From the IMG/VR virus record IMGVR_UViG_3300035156_000134, positions 1 through 62,355 of that record: a DNA stretch of 62,355 nt; one strand, 5' to 3'. Every line of letters starts with the position of its first letter. Position 1 is the stretch's first letter. The notes below the pieces were generated by a model, which searched no databases, was not told the DNA's origin, and saw nothing but the letters and a program-made list of their open reading frames with translations. This stretch comes from a virus (taxonomy: Duplodnaviria; Caudoviricetes). The position numbers and the translations under genes were made by a program. Shown here piece by piece: positions 35,927 to 46,282 of this stretch.

Positions 35927-38900
35927 CAGTAGTTCATCCGATCTGCGTAGGCCTTGCCGTAATAGTTCGCACCATCACCACTGGCGCCAGTCCCGACTGC
36001 CGTCCCGCTAGCCGCCATGCTCGCAGCGATCTGGGCCAGGTAGTTGTTCGTCTCGGTCCGTTGGGCCGCAGCCGACGCAGCCGCGGTGGTCACAGCGTTG
36101 ACCACACCCATGTCCGTGTTCGCCTGCTGCACGGCCCGGAGAGCATCCTCGGTCGCCGAGACCAGCGTGGCCTTGACCGCCTCGAACTCCGGCGTCGCAG
36201 TGCCATAGGTCTGACGGGCCAGGTCGAAGAGCTTCTGACCAGCATTCGTGAACTCGTCCTGCGTCGTGCTGCCGTCGGCCAGCCCGGCCTTGGCCACCGC
36301 GAAGTCCTTCTGCGCCACGCCGAACTGGTCGAAGATGGTCAGGCCACTGTCCGGCCCCTTTGTGATCATGTCTAGGAACGATTGGTATCCGCTCGTCATC
36401 TCCTCGAGCATCTGCTTCTGCTGAGCTTGGAACACGACCTGGACCTGAGCGATCTCGTCGGCCGAGTACCCTGCCTGCTTGAGCTGGGTGATGGTGTTGT
36501 CCATACCCCGCTTGAACTCGTCAAACGCACCCTTGATCGGATCCCGAAGCATCGCAGCCTGACGGTGCAGCTGCTCGTAGATCGTGGCGGCTGCGACGGC
36601 GGCCTCGGTGTCGTTGGACGAGGACAGCACACGCTTCGAAGCATCGGTGATGCCCGTGATGACACCCTGCTTGACGGCCAGCTGAATGGCGTAGGCGATC
36701 GCCGCTGCTTCGCCGTCGGTGCCGAAGTCCTTGATCAGCCCAGCCTTACCGGCCTTGCTCTTGGCGTGGAGCGGGTCGTTCGTGGTGGTGCTGGCCACCC
36801 GGTACTTGCCGTCCCATGTGCCGATGGTGACATTCGGCGTGCCGGTCACAGACCCACCCAGCTGCGAGGCTATCTGACCAAGGCCTCCGAGGACTGCCTT
36901 CGCATTGCCCGTGGCGCCGGCCTTCAGAGCCGCATTGCTGCCCTGTGCACCAGTCACCTGGTTGGCGCCGTTGGCGTCAGCACCGAAGCTGGCCGAGCTG
37001 GACTTCGGCTTCATGAACAGACCGCCGATCGTGCCACCGACAATGCCGCCGATGATGTTCCCACCAGGGATGGGCAAGAAGCTGCCGATGGCACCGCCGA
37101 TCGCTGCGCCGGTCTGCGACTGCTTCAGGCCCAGGGAGTTCACGATGCCCGAAGCCATCATGCCCATGCCGGCGCCCTTCATGGCCTTGCCGACCGTGGC
37201 ACCGATGCCCTCCAAGGTGCTCGGGAGCTTGATGCCGATCTTGGCCAGGCCAGTTTGGATCGTACCGCCCACGCCCTTGAGTACGCCCTGCATCCCCTTC
37301 GGCATGGCGTTCCACAGCGTGGTCAGTTTGCCGCTCAGGCGACCGACGAACTTCTCTACGATCTGGCTGTACATGTCGGTGCTGCCGGACTTGCCACCAC
37401 TCAGACCAGGCAGGCCGAGCTTCTTCCCCATCACGACGATGTCGGCCTGGGTCGGATCCTCGCCGTTCATGTTCGGGCCGGTGACGCCGTTGCCCTTGGC
37501 CAGGAGCGAGGCCAGTTCAGCGGTCGGGCTGTCGTCCGAGCCGGTGTAGTTGGCAGCGTCCCGCAGCATCTTGGCGCCGTCCTTCAGCGCTGCGGACATG
37601 TCGTACGACGCCGTCTTGATGTCGGCGACCGAGCTCGTCACGTTGAGCGTCTCATCGGCCAGCTGCTTGACCGCTGCATCGACACCAGACTGGCCAGACA
37701 CCATGTCCTCGACTTCCCGCTGTAGGCCTCCGAAGATGTCGTTCGAGATGGTCTTGATCATCATATTCTTGAAGCCGGCGAATGCGTCCTTCAGGAAGTT
37801 GACGCTGGCCTTGAACGGGTTCTTCGAGGCGTCGTTCAGGAACCGCTCGAAGGCGGACTGCAGATCGTCCACGACTCCGACGTAGATCTCGACTTGGCGC
37901 CGTTGATCCTCGAGCGCCCGGTTGATCTGCTCGTTCGCAGCTGCGATCGCCAGGAGCTGCTTGTACTGCTCGGGCAGCATCTTGCCGAACTGGCGCTCGT
38001 AGTCGAACTTCTGCTGGAGGGCCTCCGCCTCGATGTGGCGACCCTGCAGGATCTTCTGCTGGATGGCCAACTCCTCCATGCTGGCCTTGACGATGTTGTC
38101 GAAGGGCTTGTTGGCAGCCAGGTTCAACGTCGCCGTGTCTGCAGCCTTCATGGCATCAGTGTAGCGGACGACAGCGTCACCGACCTGGATCCACTCGCCG
38201 ACCATCTCACCAAGGGCGGCTTTGTCCTTGTCCATGATGTCCAGGAACCGTGGCTGCTCGTCGTAGCGGTCTGTGATGCCTTGGCGCTTGCCCTGGTTGG
38301 CTGCGCCTTCGGCCATCTTCTTGTTGTACGCAGCCAGGGCAGCGCCGCCGGACTTGTGCGACTCACGAAGCTCATTGACGGCCCGGATGGCGTCACCCAC
38401 TCGGGCAGTGTACTGGGCCTGGGTGATCGTGCCGGCCTTGAGCTCAGCGCCCGCCGTGGCCTTCACGACTGCGAGGTTCGCCGTGGCCTTCTGCACATCG
38501 GTGATCGCTCCAGCCTGCTGGGCCAGGGCGTTGGCCAGCCCGACACTCGGCTTGGTGACACCAGTCGTAGCAACCGAGGTACGGTCCTGAGCGGTGACGA
38601 ACTGCTCGAGGCTCTTCCGAGTCTCGACGATGGCCTTGTCATAGAACTTGACGGCCAGAGCAGCCTGCTCAGCGCTCTTCCGAATGCGGCCTTCGTCCGG
38701 CCCGAACCCCAAGGTCTTGGCAGCCGTGTCCGTGGCCACACCGAAGGCCTGACCCACACCGCGGACGATGTTGCCCACGCGTGCCAAGCCGGATCCGCCA
38801 CTAGCCGTCCGACGGGCCTGTTCGGAGCGCTCAGCGAGGCCCACGTCGGACTGCGCCCGGAGCTGGTTGAACGTGACGGCTGCCTTGTTCCGACCAGCCA

Positions 38901-40572
38901 CCAGCTCGGAGAAGGCGGCAGCCTGCTTGGCCTTGGCCAGGTTGTAGAGCTGCTGCGCAGCGTTGCCGACTGCGCCCGCAAAGCTGTTGATCCCGCCGAC
39001 AGCACCCGCAGCACCTGTCCCCACCGCTGCCACGCCCGTGGCGGCTGCGCCGGCCCGCTGGGAGGCCTCACGGAAGGCGAGGTTGGCGTCCTTCAGGGTC
39101 TGGCCGATGCCGTTGACCAAGGCCTGCGTGGTCTTGCCAGCAGAGCTGATGCTCATGAAGGCGAACACCAGGCCGGCGATGCCTGCCGTGACCAACACGA
39201 GCGGGCTCATCAAGGTCATCAACACAGCCTGCAGACCCTTCAGCGCAATGCTGCCGAGTGCGGCTGCGGTGGTCGTGGCGCCGAGCCCGATCTCCAAGGC
39301 CACGAGCTGGCTGACGAAGGCCACCATGACGCCGATCTTGATCGATGCAAAGTAGATCCCGTAGGCGATCGCCGCGTTCTTCAGCAGCCCGATGTTGTTG
39401 CCGAGGAAGCCGATCGTGCTGCCAACCATCTGGCCGAACTTGGCCAGGCTGCCGTCGTTGACCAAGCTCTGCAGGGCGTCGCCCAGACCCTTCGCACCGT
39501 CGGTCAGACCCTTGAAGATGCCTGAGTTGGCCAGCACGCGGACGGCCCGATCGAGCTCGTTCAAGAAGGCGTTGAACCCGGAGTAGGCGCTCTTCGCACC
39601 GTCAGGGATCTCCTTCTGGAGCTGCGCAGCGAACTTCGGCAGGAAGTCACTCGAGACGACCTTGCCGGCTTCGAGCATCTTGCCCAGCTCTTGAGTCGTC
39701 ACACCCATGGCGCGGGCAGCGACTTGGAAGGCACCAGGCAGACGCTCGCCGAGCTGGCCACGAAGCTCTTCAGCCTGGACCGTCCCCTTGCTCATCATCT
39801 GCTGGATGGCCAGGAGTGATCCACGAATGTTGTCGTTCGAGAGGCCGTAGGCTACACCCGCCTTCGTGACGGCGTCAAAGACCTCACGGCTCTTCAGCCC
39901 CTCCATGTTAGTGCCGCGGCTGGCTGCCAGCAGACCCACGTACGAGGCGGTCAGGTCCTTGATGCGGAGGCCGTAGCGGTTGGCCACACCCTCAGCGAAA
40001 GCCATCTCCTTGTTGGCCTGGTTCGTGCTGCCCGTGACGATCTTCAGGGCTTGGTCGAACCCGCGGAATTGGGCTTCGGTGTTGACGATCGACTTGCCGA
40101 GCTCGACCATGCCGACACCGATAATGATGTTCCGGAGGTTGAGGAGCTGTGCACCAAACTTGCCAGCACTAGCGGTCGGACCCTTGAACGGATCCATCCG
40201 GCCCATGCGGTTGTACGAGGCTTCAATCTGGGCGAAGTTAGGCTGCAGCCGCTTGGTAGCGTTGGCCATACGGTCGATGCCGAGGGCGCCCTTGTTGAAG
40301 GCGTTCTCCATCCGCCGAGCAGCCGAAGCCCCGGTGTCACCAGCCTTGTTGGCGGCGGCACGGATCTGATCCATCGACTTCGTCGTGGACTTGGCTGCTC
40401 GGTCGGCGGCTTGCGACCAGTTCTTGTAGCCGTCACCGACCTTGAGACCGAGACCAGACAGGCTGTTGGTGGCCTGCTTGATCTGGTCAATGGACTTGAT
40501 GACGCGGTTCTTGCCGGCCTCGGCTTGAGTCGAGTCAATGCCGATCTCAATGCCATGTTGTTCGTCGGCCAC
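35926..40572 (-). CDS. Tape measure protein
   Basis: 1548 aa Ala/Gly-rich; QMMSKGTVQAEELRGQLGERLPGA. Confidence 0.95.
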   Translation of the reverse strand: MADEQHGIEIGIDSTQAEAGKNRVIKSIDQIKQATNSLSGLGLKVGDGYKNWSQAADRAAKSTTKSMDQIRAAANKAGDTGASAARRMENAFNKGALGIDRMANATKRLQPNFAQIEASYNRMGRMDPFKGPTASAGKFGAQLLNLRNIIIGVGMVELGKSIVNTEAQFRGFDQALKIVTGSTNQANKEMAFAEGVANRYGLRIKDLTASYVGLLAASRGTNMEGLKSREVFDAVTKAGVAYGLSNDNIRGSLLAIQQMMSKGTVQAEELRGQLGERLPGAFQVAARAMGVTTQELGKMLEAGKVVSSDFLPKFAAQLQKEIPDGAKSAYSGFNAFLNELDRAVRVLANSGIFKGLTDGAKGLGDALQSLVNDGSLAKFGQMVGSTIGFLGNNIGLLKNAAIAYGIYFASIKIGVMVAFVSQLVALEIGLGATTTAAALGSIALKGLQAVLMTLMSPLVLVTAGIAGLVFAFMSISSAGKTTQALVNGIGQTLKDANLAFREASQRAGAAATGVAAVGTGAAGAVGGINSFAGAVGNAAQQLYNLAKAKQAAAFSELVAGRNKAAVTFNQLRAQSDVGLAERSEQARRTASGGSGLARVGNIVRGVGQAFGVATDTAAKTLGFGPDEGRIRKSAEQAALAVKFYDKAIVETRKSLEQFVTAQDRTSVATTGVTKPSVGLANALAQQAGAITDVQKATANLAVVKATAGAELKAGTITQAQYTARVGDAIRAVNELRESHKSGGAALAAYNKKMAEGAANQGKRQGITDRYDEQPRFLDIMDKDKAALGEMVGEWIQVGDAVVRYTDAMKAADTATLNLAANKPFDNIVKASMEELAIQQKILQGRHIEAEALQQKFDYERQFGKMLPEQYKQLLAIAAANEQINRALEDQRRQVEIYVGVVDDLQSAFERFLNDASKNPFKASVNFLKDAFAGFKNMMIKTISNDIFGGLQREVEDMVSGQSGVDAAVKQLADETLNVTSSVADIKTASYDMSAALKDGAKMLRDAANYTGSDDSPTAELASLLAKGNGVTGPNMNGEDPTQADIVVMGKKLGLPGLSGGKSGSTDMYSQIVEKFVGRLSGKLTTLWNAMPKGMQGVLKGVGGTIQTGLAKIGIKLPSTLEGIGATVGKAMKGAGMGMMASGIVNSLGLKQSQTGAAIGGAIGSFLPIPGGNIIGGIVGGTIGGLFMKPKSSSASFGADANGANQVTGAQGSNAALKAGATGNAKAVLGGLGQIASQLGGSVTGTPNVTIGTWDGKYRVASTTTNDPLHAKSKAGKAGLIKDFGTDGEAAAIAYAIQLAVKQGVITGITDASKRVLSSSNDTEAAVAAATIYEQLHRQAAMLRDPIKGAFDEFKRGMDNTITQLKQAGYSADEIAQVQVVFQAQQKQMLEEMTSGYQSFLDMITKGPDSGLTIFDQFGVAQKDFAVAKAGLADGSTTQDEFTNAGQKLFDLARQTYGTATPEFEAVKATLVSATEDALRAVQQANTDMGVVNAVTTAAASAAAQRTETNNYLAQIAASMAASGTAVGTGASGDGANYYGKAYADRMNY

Positions 40573-40582
40573 CGGCTACCTC

Positions 40583-40822
40583 CTACTTTTTCGGCTTCAC
40601 CAATTCTAGGTACATCGTGTCGAGCTTCTTGAGGCAGTCCCAGAGGTATTCACGTTCGCCCTCAGAGAGCTCTAGATCAGCCGCGTATGTGGTAAGCGCC
40701 AGGTAGGAGATGGGACCCTGTCCGAACCCGTTGGACCGAGTGGTTGACAAGCGGTTGAAGGCCTGCCAGATCCACTCGGTCCCACTTTCGATCTCGGGCC
40801 GTTCGTCCAGGGCCTTGATCAC
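40583..40822 (-). CDS. Tail assembly chaperone, frameshifted C-terminal part
   Basis: Frame is open from slippery site 40900-40906; AF..LST.R..GFG.GPISY. Confidence 0.8.
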   Translation of the reverse strand: MIKALDERPEIESGTEWIWQAFNRLSTTRSNGFGQGPISYLALTTYAADLELSEGEREYLWDCLKKLDTMYLELVKPKK

Positions 40823-40854
40823 ATGGCCATTGGACTGGTGGAACTCGAGAGCTT

Positions 40855-41286
40855 CTAGGTGCGGTCCGAACTCAACACCCCATTCGAGGACTGCTCGGAG
40901 TTTCCCACCGTGCCATCGATCGTCTCGGCCCGGAAGGCCTCGTACGACGTCATGGCGGTCACCACGTCCTCGAGGAACTCAGGACGCTCCTTGAAAACTT
41001 CCTCGGCGTACGCCGGGGTGAACTCAGGAACTCCGCCGCCGCGCCAGCCGACGATGCCGCCGTGTGCTGCGACGTGACTGGTGACGAGCTTGTTCTGCTC
41101 GGGCGTCAGTTCCTTGTTGCGGCCCATGACCCGGATGCGCTGCGTGATCTTGCCGCGCTCTAGGTTGACCTTCTCGCTCGAGACGTGACGGATGGTGACG
41201 AAGAAGCCGCCGCCGAAGTCGATCTCGGCTCCGTCCTTCATCAGGTTTTCGTCAATCTTGGCGTAGCGGTCGTCAAAGAAACCCAT
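40855..41286 (-). CDS. Tail assembly chaperone
   Basis: AGGAG RBS before MGFFDD; ends near G GGA AAC slippery site. Confidence 0.8.
   Translation of the reverse strand: MGFFDDRYAKIDENLMKDGAEIDFGGGFFVTIRHVSSEKVNLERGKITQRIRVMGRNKELTPEQNKLVTSHVAAHGGIVGWRGGGVPEFTPAYAEEVFKERPEFLEDVVTAMTSYEAFRAETIDGTVGNSEQSSNGVLSSDRT
40900..40906 (-). other. -1 programmed ribosomal frameshift site GGGAAAC
   Basis: X XXY YYZ in correct phase; -1 frame joins 40583-40822. Confidence 0.8.
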
Positions 41287-41372
41287 GGTCTTAACTCCTG
41301 TCGGTGAGTTGTCGGCTGGTTTGGTGGGACTGACTGCCGCCGACACAGCAGCCAGCCCCATAGATACCCGGC

Positions 41373-42308
41373 TTAGGCGGCCGGGGTACGGGTGATCTGA
41401 AGGGACGTGGCCAGCGTCGCATCGATCAGGCCGCGGCCCTCGATGGTCTGCATCATGTCGGCGTTGTTGCCCTCGGCGTCGGCCGTCACGTTCCGGTAGC
41501 GGAGCTTCGGCAGGCGGACCAAATAGGTGTTGGTGCCGTCGGTGATGGTCATGGAGACGTTGCTGTTCGTCCGGTTGAGCATCTTGTCCATCTGCTCCCA
41601 CGACTCGAAGTAGGCATCGAACGTGAAGGTGACTTCCCGCATGCCGTACTGGATGTCGTAGCCGGCGACCTGACCATGACCCTGGTTCATGCGGAGGTTG
41701 TTCTGAATGCCCAGCGTGAAGCCGGTCATGATCAGCGGAAGCGTATCACCCGTGATCGTGAAGACGGTCACGTCCACCATCGAGAGGATGCGGGTTTCTG
41801 CCGGCTCGGTCACGCTGCCGGTGCCGACGATGCTGGTCGTACCCGGGATGGCTGAGAGCGCCATCGCATCGATCGTGCCGGTGGTCTTGCCGCCGACCGA
41901 ACCCGTGAGGGTGATCCCACCATAGCGAAGGCCGAGGAACTTCATGTACTTGCGGCTGCCGCCGGCGAGGAAGCTCTTCTCAAGGCTATACGACCGGCGG
42001 ACGATGCCGGCCTTCAGGACGCCTGCCGTCCAGGTGCCACGAAGGACCGCCTCCAGGACCATGTCGAACGCGGCCGACTTGGCGAAGTCGAACGGGATCG
42101 AACCACCCGCGGACGAGCCGGTCAGGATGAGGTCGGTCAGATCGTAGTTCGGGTTGATCTCGTCCGTCTCGTCGAAGGTGACGTTCGGGCCCAAGGTCTC
42201 GCCGTTCACCCGCAGCCGGTTCATCACCGGGTTGGCGGGCGTGACGCCCATGGTGGTCTCCAGCACATGGGAGACGATCAGGTCATTCGTTGCGCCGAAG
42301 CTTGGCAT
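41373..42308 (-). CDS. Major tail tube protein
   Basis: ETTMGVTPANP start, YSLEK.F, position. Confidence 0.85.
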   Translation of the reverse strand: MPSFGATNDLIVSHVLETTMGVTPANPVMNRLRVNGETLGPNVTFDETDEINPNYDLTDLILTGSSAGGSIPFDFAKSAAFDMVLEAVLRGTWTAGVLKAGIVRRSYSLEKSFLAGGSRKYMKFLGLRYGGITLTGSVGGKTTGTIDAMALSAIPGTTSIVGTGSVTEPAETRILSMVDVTVFTITGDTLPLIMTGFTLGIQNNLRMNQGHGQVAGYDIQYGMREVTFTFDAYFESWEQMDKMLNRTNSNVSMTITDGTNTYLVRLPKLRYRNVTADAEGNNADMMQTIEGRGLIDATLATSLQITRTPAA

Positions 42309-42319
42309 GGTCTAACTCC

Positions 42320-42748
42320 CTATGAGAACAGGTCGACTTGGATACGCGCGTTCACGACCTGGCAGTACCGTCCACCTTCGGGCCGTTCGAAAGTGCTGGG
42401 TTCGAAGAGGGTGATGTCTTGGTGAATGTGACCGGTCGGCTCGGTGGCCTGACGGAGGAAGAGCTCGGCCTCATTGGAAGCGACCGTGACCTCAGTCTCA
42501 CCGGTGTTGATCGGGCCGAAAATCTCAAGGTAGAGGCGACCAATTCGGCGGCGGCGCTTTATGGCCGTACCCACGCCGATCACTTGGGCCTCACCGAGCT
42601 GCATGCTGAAGCGCATCCAGGTGGCGTCCACACCGTAGGCGGAGGTCTCGTTGGTCACGACCAGGGGGAAGGTTTGGAAGACTGGAATTGCATTGACTTG
42701 CGCCCGTACCCACTCTCTCATGGTGTTCCGGAAGCCAAGAAAGTCCAC
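42320..42748 (-). CDS. Tail terminator-like protein
   Basis: Position and size. Confidence 0.65.
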   Translation of the reverse strand: MDFLGFRNTMREWVRAQVNAIPVFQTFPLVVTNETSAYGVDATWMRFSMQLGEAQVIGVGTAIKRRRRIGRLYLEIFGPINTGETEVTVASNEAELFLRQATEPTGHIHQDITLFEPSTFERPEGGRYCQVVNARIQVDLFS

Positions 42749-42758
42749 TCGCAGTCAC

Positions 42759-43142
42759 CTACCTAAATTGAGCTCCCACTCTGTCAAGCGTCACCTGAAC
42801 CATGCCCTGTGGCGCCTGCGTAGAGGTTCCCTTTTCGAGCTCGAGGATATACGGCACATTGTTGGAGATGTACACAGGTCCAAAGACCTGGATCGAGTCG
42901 ATGGTGGCCTGGCCGCGGTAGATTACATCCTGCGCTCCAGCGGGCCAGGAGTCAAGCACACCTGAGGCTGGAACCCCGAGGCTGACCTGCCAGTTGCCCC
43001 TGGACCGGCCAGTCAGGACCGGGTTCATGTTGACCACACCCTCAAGGATCTCAAAGGCGATCTTCTGCTGGATCCTGATCACCAGCTGGTCGATGTCGCC
43101 AGCCAGCTTCTTGGTGTTGATGTTGAACCGGGCTCTGATCAC
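42759..43142 (-). CDS. HK97 gp10-like neck protein
   Basis: PVLTGRSRGNW, NNVPYI..LE.G.S.QAPQGMV. Confidence 0.85.
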   Translation of the reverse strand: MIRARFNINTKKLAGDIDQLVIRIQQKIAFEILEGVVNMNPVLTGRSRGNWQVSLGVPASGVLDSWPAGAQDVIYRGQATIDSIQVFGPVYISNNVPYILELEKGTSTQAPQGMVQVTLDRVGAQFR

Positions 43143-43492
43143 GGCTTCGTGACGGCCAGGAAGGCCACGATCATCACACCGACCGGGCTGGCCAGCTTGA
43201 CGTCCATGACCTTCCAGGTCTTGCCGCCATGGAGGACCAGGCTCTCCGAGGTCGGCTCGACCGGGAACTTGCCCACGACCACGGCGGTGGGCATCTTCTC
43301 GAACATCTTCAAGGCCGTCTCTGTGCTGGTCACCACGGCCAGGCCGGCCTTGTCCACCGTGGTCCGGGTGGAGATGCCCTGAGCGTTCGGCTTCGACATC
43401 GTCACGGTCCGGAGCGTGGCCAGGCTCCCGAACTTGGTCAGGAGCTTCGTGGCCAGCGAGTCCATCCGATCGTAGAAAGCTGTGTCGGTCAT
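43139..43492 (-). CDS. Head closure protein
   Basis: FYDRM..LA.KLL.KFG; position. Confidence 0.65.
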   Translation of the reverse strand: MTDTAFYDRMDSLATKLLTKFGSLATLRTVTMSKPNAQGISTRTTVDKAGLAVVTSTETALKMFEKMPTAVVVGKFPVEPTSESLVLHGGKTWKVMDVKLASPVGVMIVAFLAVTKP

Positions 43493-43983
43493 CCGATCAG
43501 CCGCCGTGCCGTCTGGATGCTGGAGCCGATCACCCGGCTGGTCAGCGGCAGCAGAAGCCCATCGACCAGCGGGAACCGACGGCCGGTGAAACTGCCATCC
43601 TGATACTTGGTCCGGGTGCTGCCGATGCCCTCGAACCGTTCCTCGATCTCACTGATCGTCTGGCCGGTGGTGGATGGCAAGAGCTCACCCTGGCTGGCCT
43701 CGTAGGCGAGCAGGATCTGCGCGGTTTTAACGTTGGCCGGGATGCCGTCCCAGTAGGTGCTCGGCAGACCCATGGTTTGGCTGACACTGAGCGGCAAGCC
43801 CCAGGTGAATGCGATGTTGAGGTAGAGGGCGGCGTTGAGAATATCGGACTTTTGCTTGTCCTCATCCTGCTCACCAAACGAGGCCCGTCCAAGGCCTTCA
43901 AGCGTGGTGACCGTCTCCTCGACGGTGACATATGTGTTGGCGCCCGTGACGCCTGAACCATTCTCGACTACAAGGTCAACCAC
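43489..43983 (-). CDS. Head-tail adaptor (DnaT-like ssDNA-binding annotation family)
   Basis: LVVENGSGVTGANTYVTVEE, IP..VK.AQ..LA. Confidence 0.8.
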   Translation of the reverse strand: MVDLVVENGSGVTGANTYVTVEETVTTLEGLGRASFGEQDEDKQKSDILNAALYLNIAFTWGLPLSVSQTMGLPSTYWDGIPANVKTAQILLAYEASQGELLPSTTGQTISEIEERFEGIGSTRTKYQDGSFTGRRFPLVDGLLLPLTSRVIGSSIQTARRLIG

Positions 43984-44001
43984 GAGCAGCTCCTCAAAGG
44001 G

Positions 44002-44032
44002 ATGAGGGCCCAGACCGAAGTCCAGGCCCTCA
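44002..44032 (-). terminator. UUCG hairpin terminator
   Basis: TGAGGGCCTGGAC-TTCG-GTCTGGGCCCTCA on - strand. Confidence 0.65.
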
Positions 44033-44040
44033 CGTTGTCA

Positions 44041-44337
44041 TCAGGCCTTGGCGGCGTCGTCGGCTGTTGCCGGCTCGTCCGTGGTCAGCTTGATCTCATC
44101 CCATTCCGCCTTGTGCACATCCATGTATGCATCGAAGGTGTAGTTCGGGATGCGGGCGACAAACCCGTCGGCCTTGCGCTTGTACATCTTGCCTGGCAAG
44201 TCACGGTCTTCGACCGCCCCGGCATCGACGAGCTCACGCGCCTTGGCATTGGACACCTTGGACAGGTCCGTGGGGACCTTGATGTCCGACGCCTTATCGG
44301 CTGCCTTGGCAGTCGTGGCGTTGTCGGCATCAGCCAT
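44041..44337 (-). CDS. Hypothetical protein
   Basis: Head operon, coupled. Confidence 0.7.
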   Translation of the reverse strand: MADADNATTAKAADKASDIKVPTDLSKVSNAKARELVDAGAVEDRDLPGKMYKRKADGFVARIPNYTFDAYMDVHKAEWDEIKLTTDEPATADDAAKA

Positions 44338-45214
44338 TGGTCTTGTCCTCTCGTGCGCTCACGATCGCAGCGCGGACGGTCTCGTCCGATGCGTTCTTGG
44401 CGTGCTTCACACCCTCGGTGTCGGCGACCTTGCGGAGCGCGTCACCCTCGAGCGTGGCCGGATCGACCGGCGTGTTGCTGTTGCCGTCGCCGCCGACTTC
44501 GCCAACCAGCGGGATGGAGCCGTCACGTGCTTCGACCTTCTTGGCGAAGAGCTCGGTCATCTTGTTGATGATCGTCTCGTCCTTCATGGTCGCCGTAGTC
44601 TTCAGCCCCATGTCGGCCGCGGCTGCACGAAGCTGCTCGGCGTTCAGGCGGCTGATCGGCACACCGTTGACGGTCGGCAGGACGTTCGAGGTGCGAACAC
44701 CGATACGGCGCTCGGCCCCATCGAAGTTGTTACGCTCGTCCGACCGGCGGTCGAATGCCTGCACGCTGTCGCTGATGCTGAGGCCGAGCATCTGCTCGAA
44801 CTCCGCCTTGGTCGTGTCGGCCGTGACCTCGAGGCCACGGAGGACCGCCTCGGCCTTGGCCTGTTCGAACGTGATCTGGCCGGCGTCTTCCGTCGGGACC
44901 GCCTTGACGATCGTCTGGAAGTCGAAGTCCTTCAACTCCTCGTCGGTATCCGGCAGCTCGACCTGAGCAAACCGATCACGTGCTTCTTCGCCGCCGAACG
45001 TGGCGATCGCTTCGAGACCGCGATCCTTGAACGAGTCGGCGTCCTGCGGCGAAAGGACGAACATGACCAGATCGGCCGGCTCGCCTTCCGACTTGAAGGC
45101 CGGGAGATTGCGTTCCCCGACCGAGTGCCCCTGGTTGCGAAGCTCGTTCGCAGCCTTGGTGACCATCGCAGCGGACAGGGCCGTCGTTGCTGCGTGGAAG
45201 ATCAGAACCTTCAT
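44330..45214 (-). CDS. Hypothetical acidic protein with short helical (HeH-like) repeats
   Basis: LR..A...G....A repeats; follows capsid gene. Confidence 0.75.
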   Translation of the reverse strand: MKVLIFHAATTALSAAMVTKAANELRNQGHSVGERNLPAFKSEGEPADLVMFVLSPQDADSFKDRGLEAIATFGGEEARDRFAQVELPDTDEELKDFDFQTIVKAVPTEDAGQITFEQAKAEAVLRGLEVTADTTKAEFEQMLGLSISDSVQAFDRRSDERNNFDGAERRIGVRTSNVLPTVNGVPISRLNAEQLRAAAADMGLKTTATMKDETIINKMTELFAKKVEARDGSIPLVGEVGGDGNSNTPVDPATLEGDALRKVADTEGVKHAKNASDETVRAAIVSAREDKTNG

Positions 45215-45242
45215 GACTTTACCTCGTGTGCTCGAGAGCAGA

Positions 45243-45266
45243 CTAAGGCGGCCGAAGCCGCCCTAG
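45243..45266 (-). terminator. UUCG hairpin after capsid gene
   Basis: CTAGGGCGGC-TTCG-GCCGCCTTAG. Confidence 0.6.
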
Positions 45267-45272
45267 ACCGAA

Positions 45273-46250
45273 TTACCGGGTGCGGAGACGCACGCCCGGC
45301 AGGTTCTTGGTGTTGCTCGTCACGTTCAGCCAGTTGGCCGACGTTGCAAGCGCCGACGAGGTGGGGTTCGCACCGCCGCCAGCCATGTCCCAGGCGAACC
45401 CGGACACGCGTGCGTTGTATGCGAATTCCGCCTGGTAGCGGTACATGATGTTCTCGAAGCCGGAGAGCTTCTCGAAGATCAGTTCCCGCTCTTCGGACTC
45501 AGTCAGTGCGACCGCGTCCTCGACGAGGCCGAGCGTGACATACTCGTCGACGCCTGCACCACCGCCATTGACGATGACCAGCGAAGGCGAGTCGGTCACG
45601 AGGACCGGCAAGCCGAGGGTGGCGGGCGTGCCGCCATAGATGATCGCGCCGGCGACCGAGTCCAGGTTCATGCCGATCGAGGTGCCGATCAGGCTATGGA
45701 AGACGGTCGAGTGCATGACCCACATGCGTAGACGGCTGTATTGGTCGCCGAACTTTGCACGCGCCTGCGAGAGCAGAAGGTGGTTGATCGCCGTGGCCGC
45801 CGTCGAGTTCACCGCGGCGACGCCCGAGAGGGCTGCGTTGATGATCGCGATCGCCGTGTTCAGCTGTTCTGCCGTTTCGTCTGCTGCTGCAGCGGCACCG
45901 ATGATGTAGCTCATCTCTTCGGCGTCTGCGGCGATCTTGCGGAAGGCGTCTGCCGTCTGCGCGATCGGACCGTGGCGGCGGTTCAGCTTGACGCCGACGT
46001 ACTCGCCCATCTGCAACTTGTTGTCGGAGACGGCCGCCACGCTGGTGACGTCACGGCGCTGTGCCGTACCCGTCAGCTGCTTGATGAACGCTTCCTGCTC
46101 GAAGTCGCCGCGCATCGCCTCGGTGACGATCGTGATGGCACCGTACGAAGCGGCGTTGAATGCATCGACGTTCTGCTGCTGAACCTCGAAGTAACCGCCG
46201 TAGTACTGCTCATTGTAGATCTTGAAGTCGGTCTTCGTACCGGCTGCCAT
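45273..46250 (-). CDS. Major capsid protein
   Basis: 325 aa; FNAAS.GAI, KFGD, WVMHS, LG.PVLVTDSP.L, G..WD..GG.NP. Confidence 0.9.
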   Translation of the reverse strand: MAAGTKTDFKIYNEQYYGGYFEVQQQNVDAFNAASYGAITIVTEAMRGDFEQEAFIKQLTGTAQRRDVTSVAAVSDNKLQMGEYVGVKLNRRHGPIAQTADAFRKIAADAEEMSYIIGAAAAADETAEQLNTAIAIINAALSGVAAVNSTAATAINHLLLSQARAKFGDQYSRLRMWVMHSTVFHSLIGTSIGMNLDSVAGAIIYGGTPATLGLPVLVTDSPSLVIVNGGGAGVDEYVTLGLVEDAVALTESEERELIFEKLSGFENIMYRYQAEFAYNARVSGFAWDMAGGGANPTSSALATSANWLNVTSNTKNLPGVRLRTR

Positions 46251-46282
46251 AACGGCCTCCCTCGCTTGTGTGTCAGATAGCC

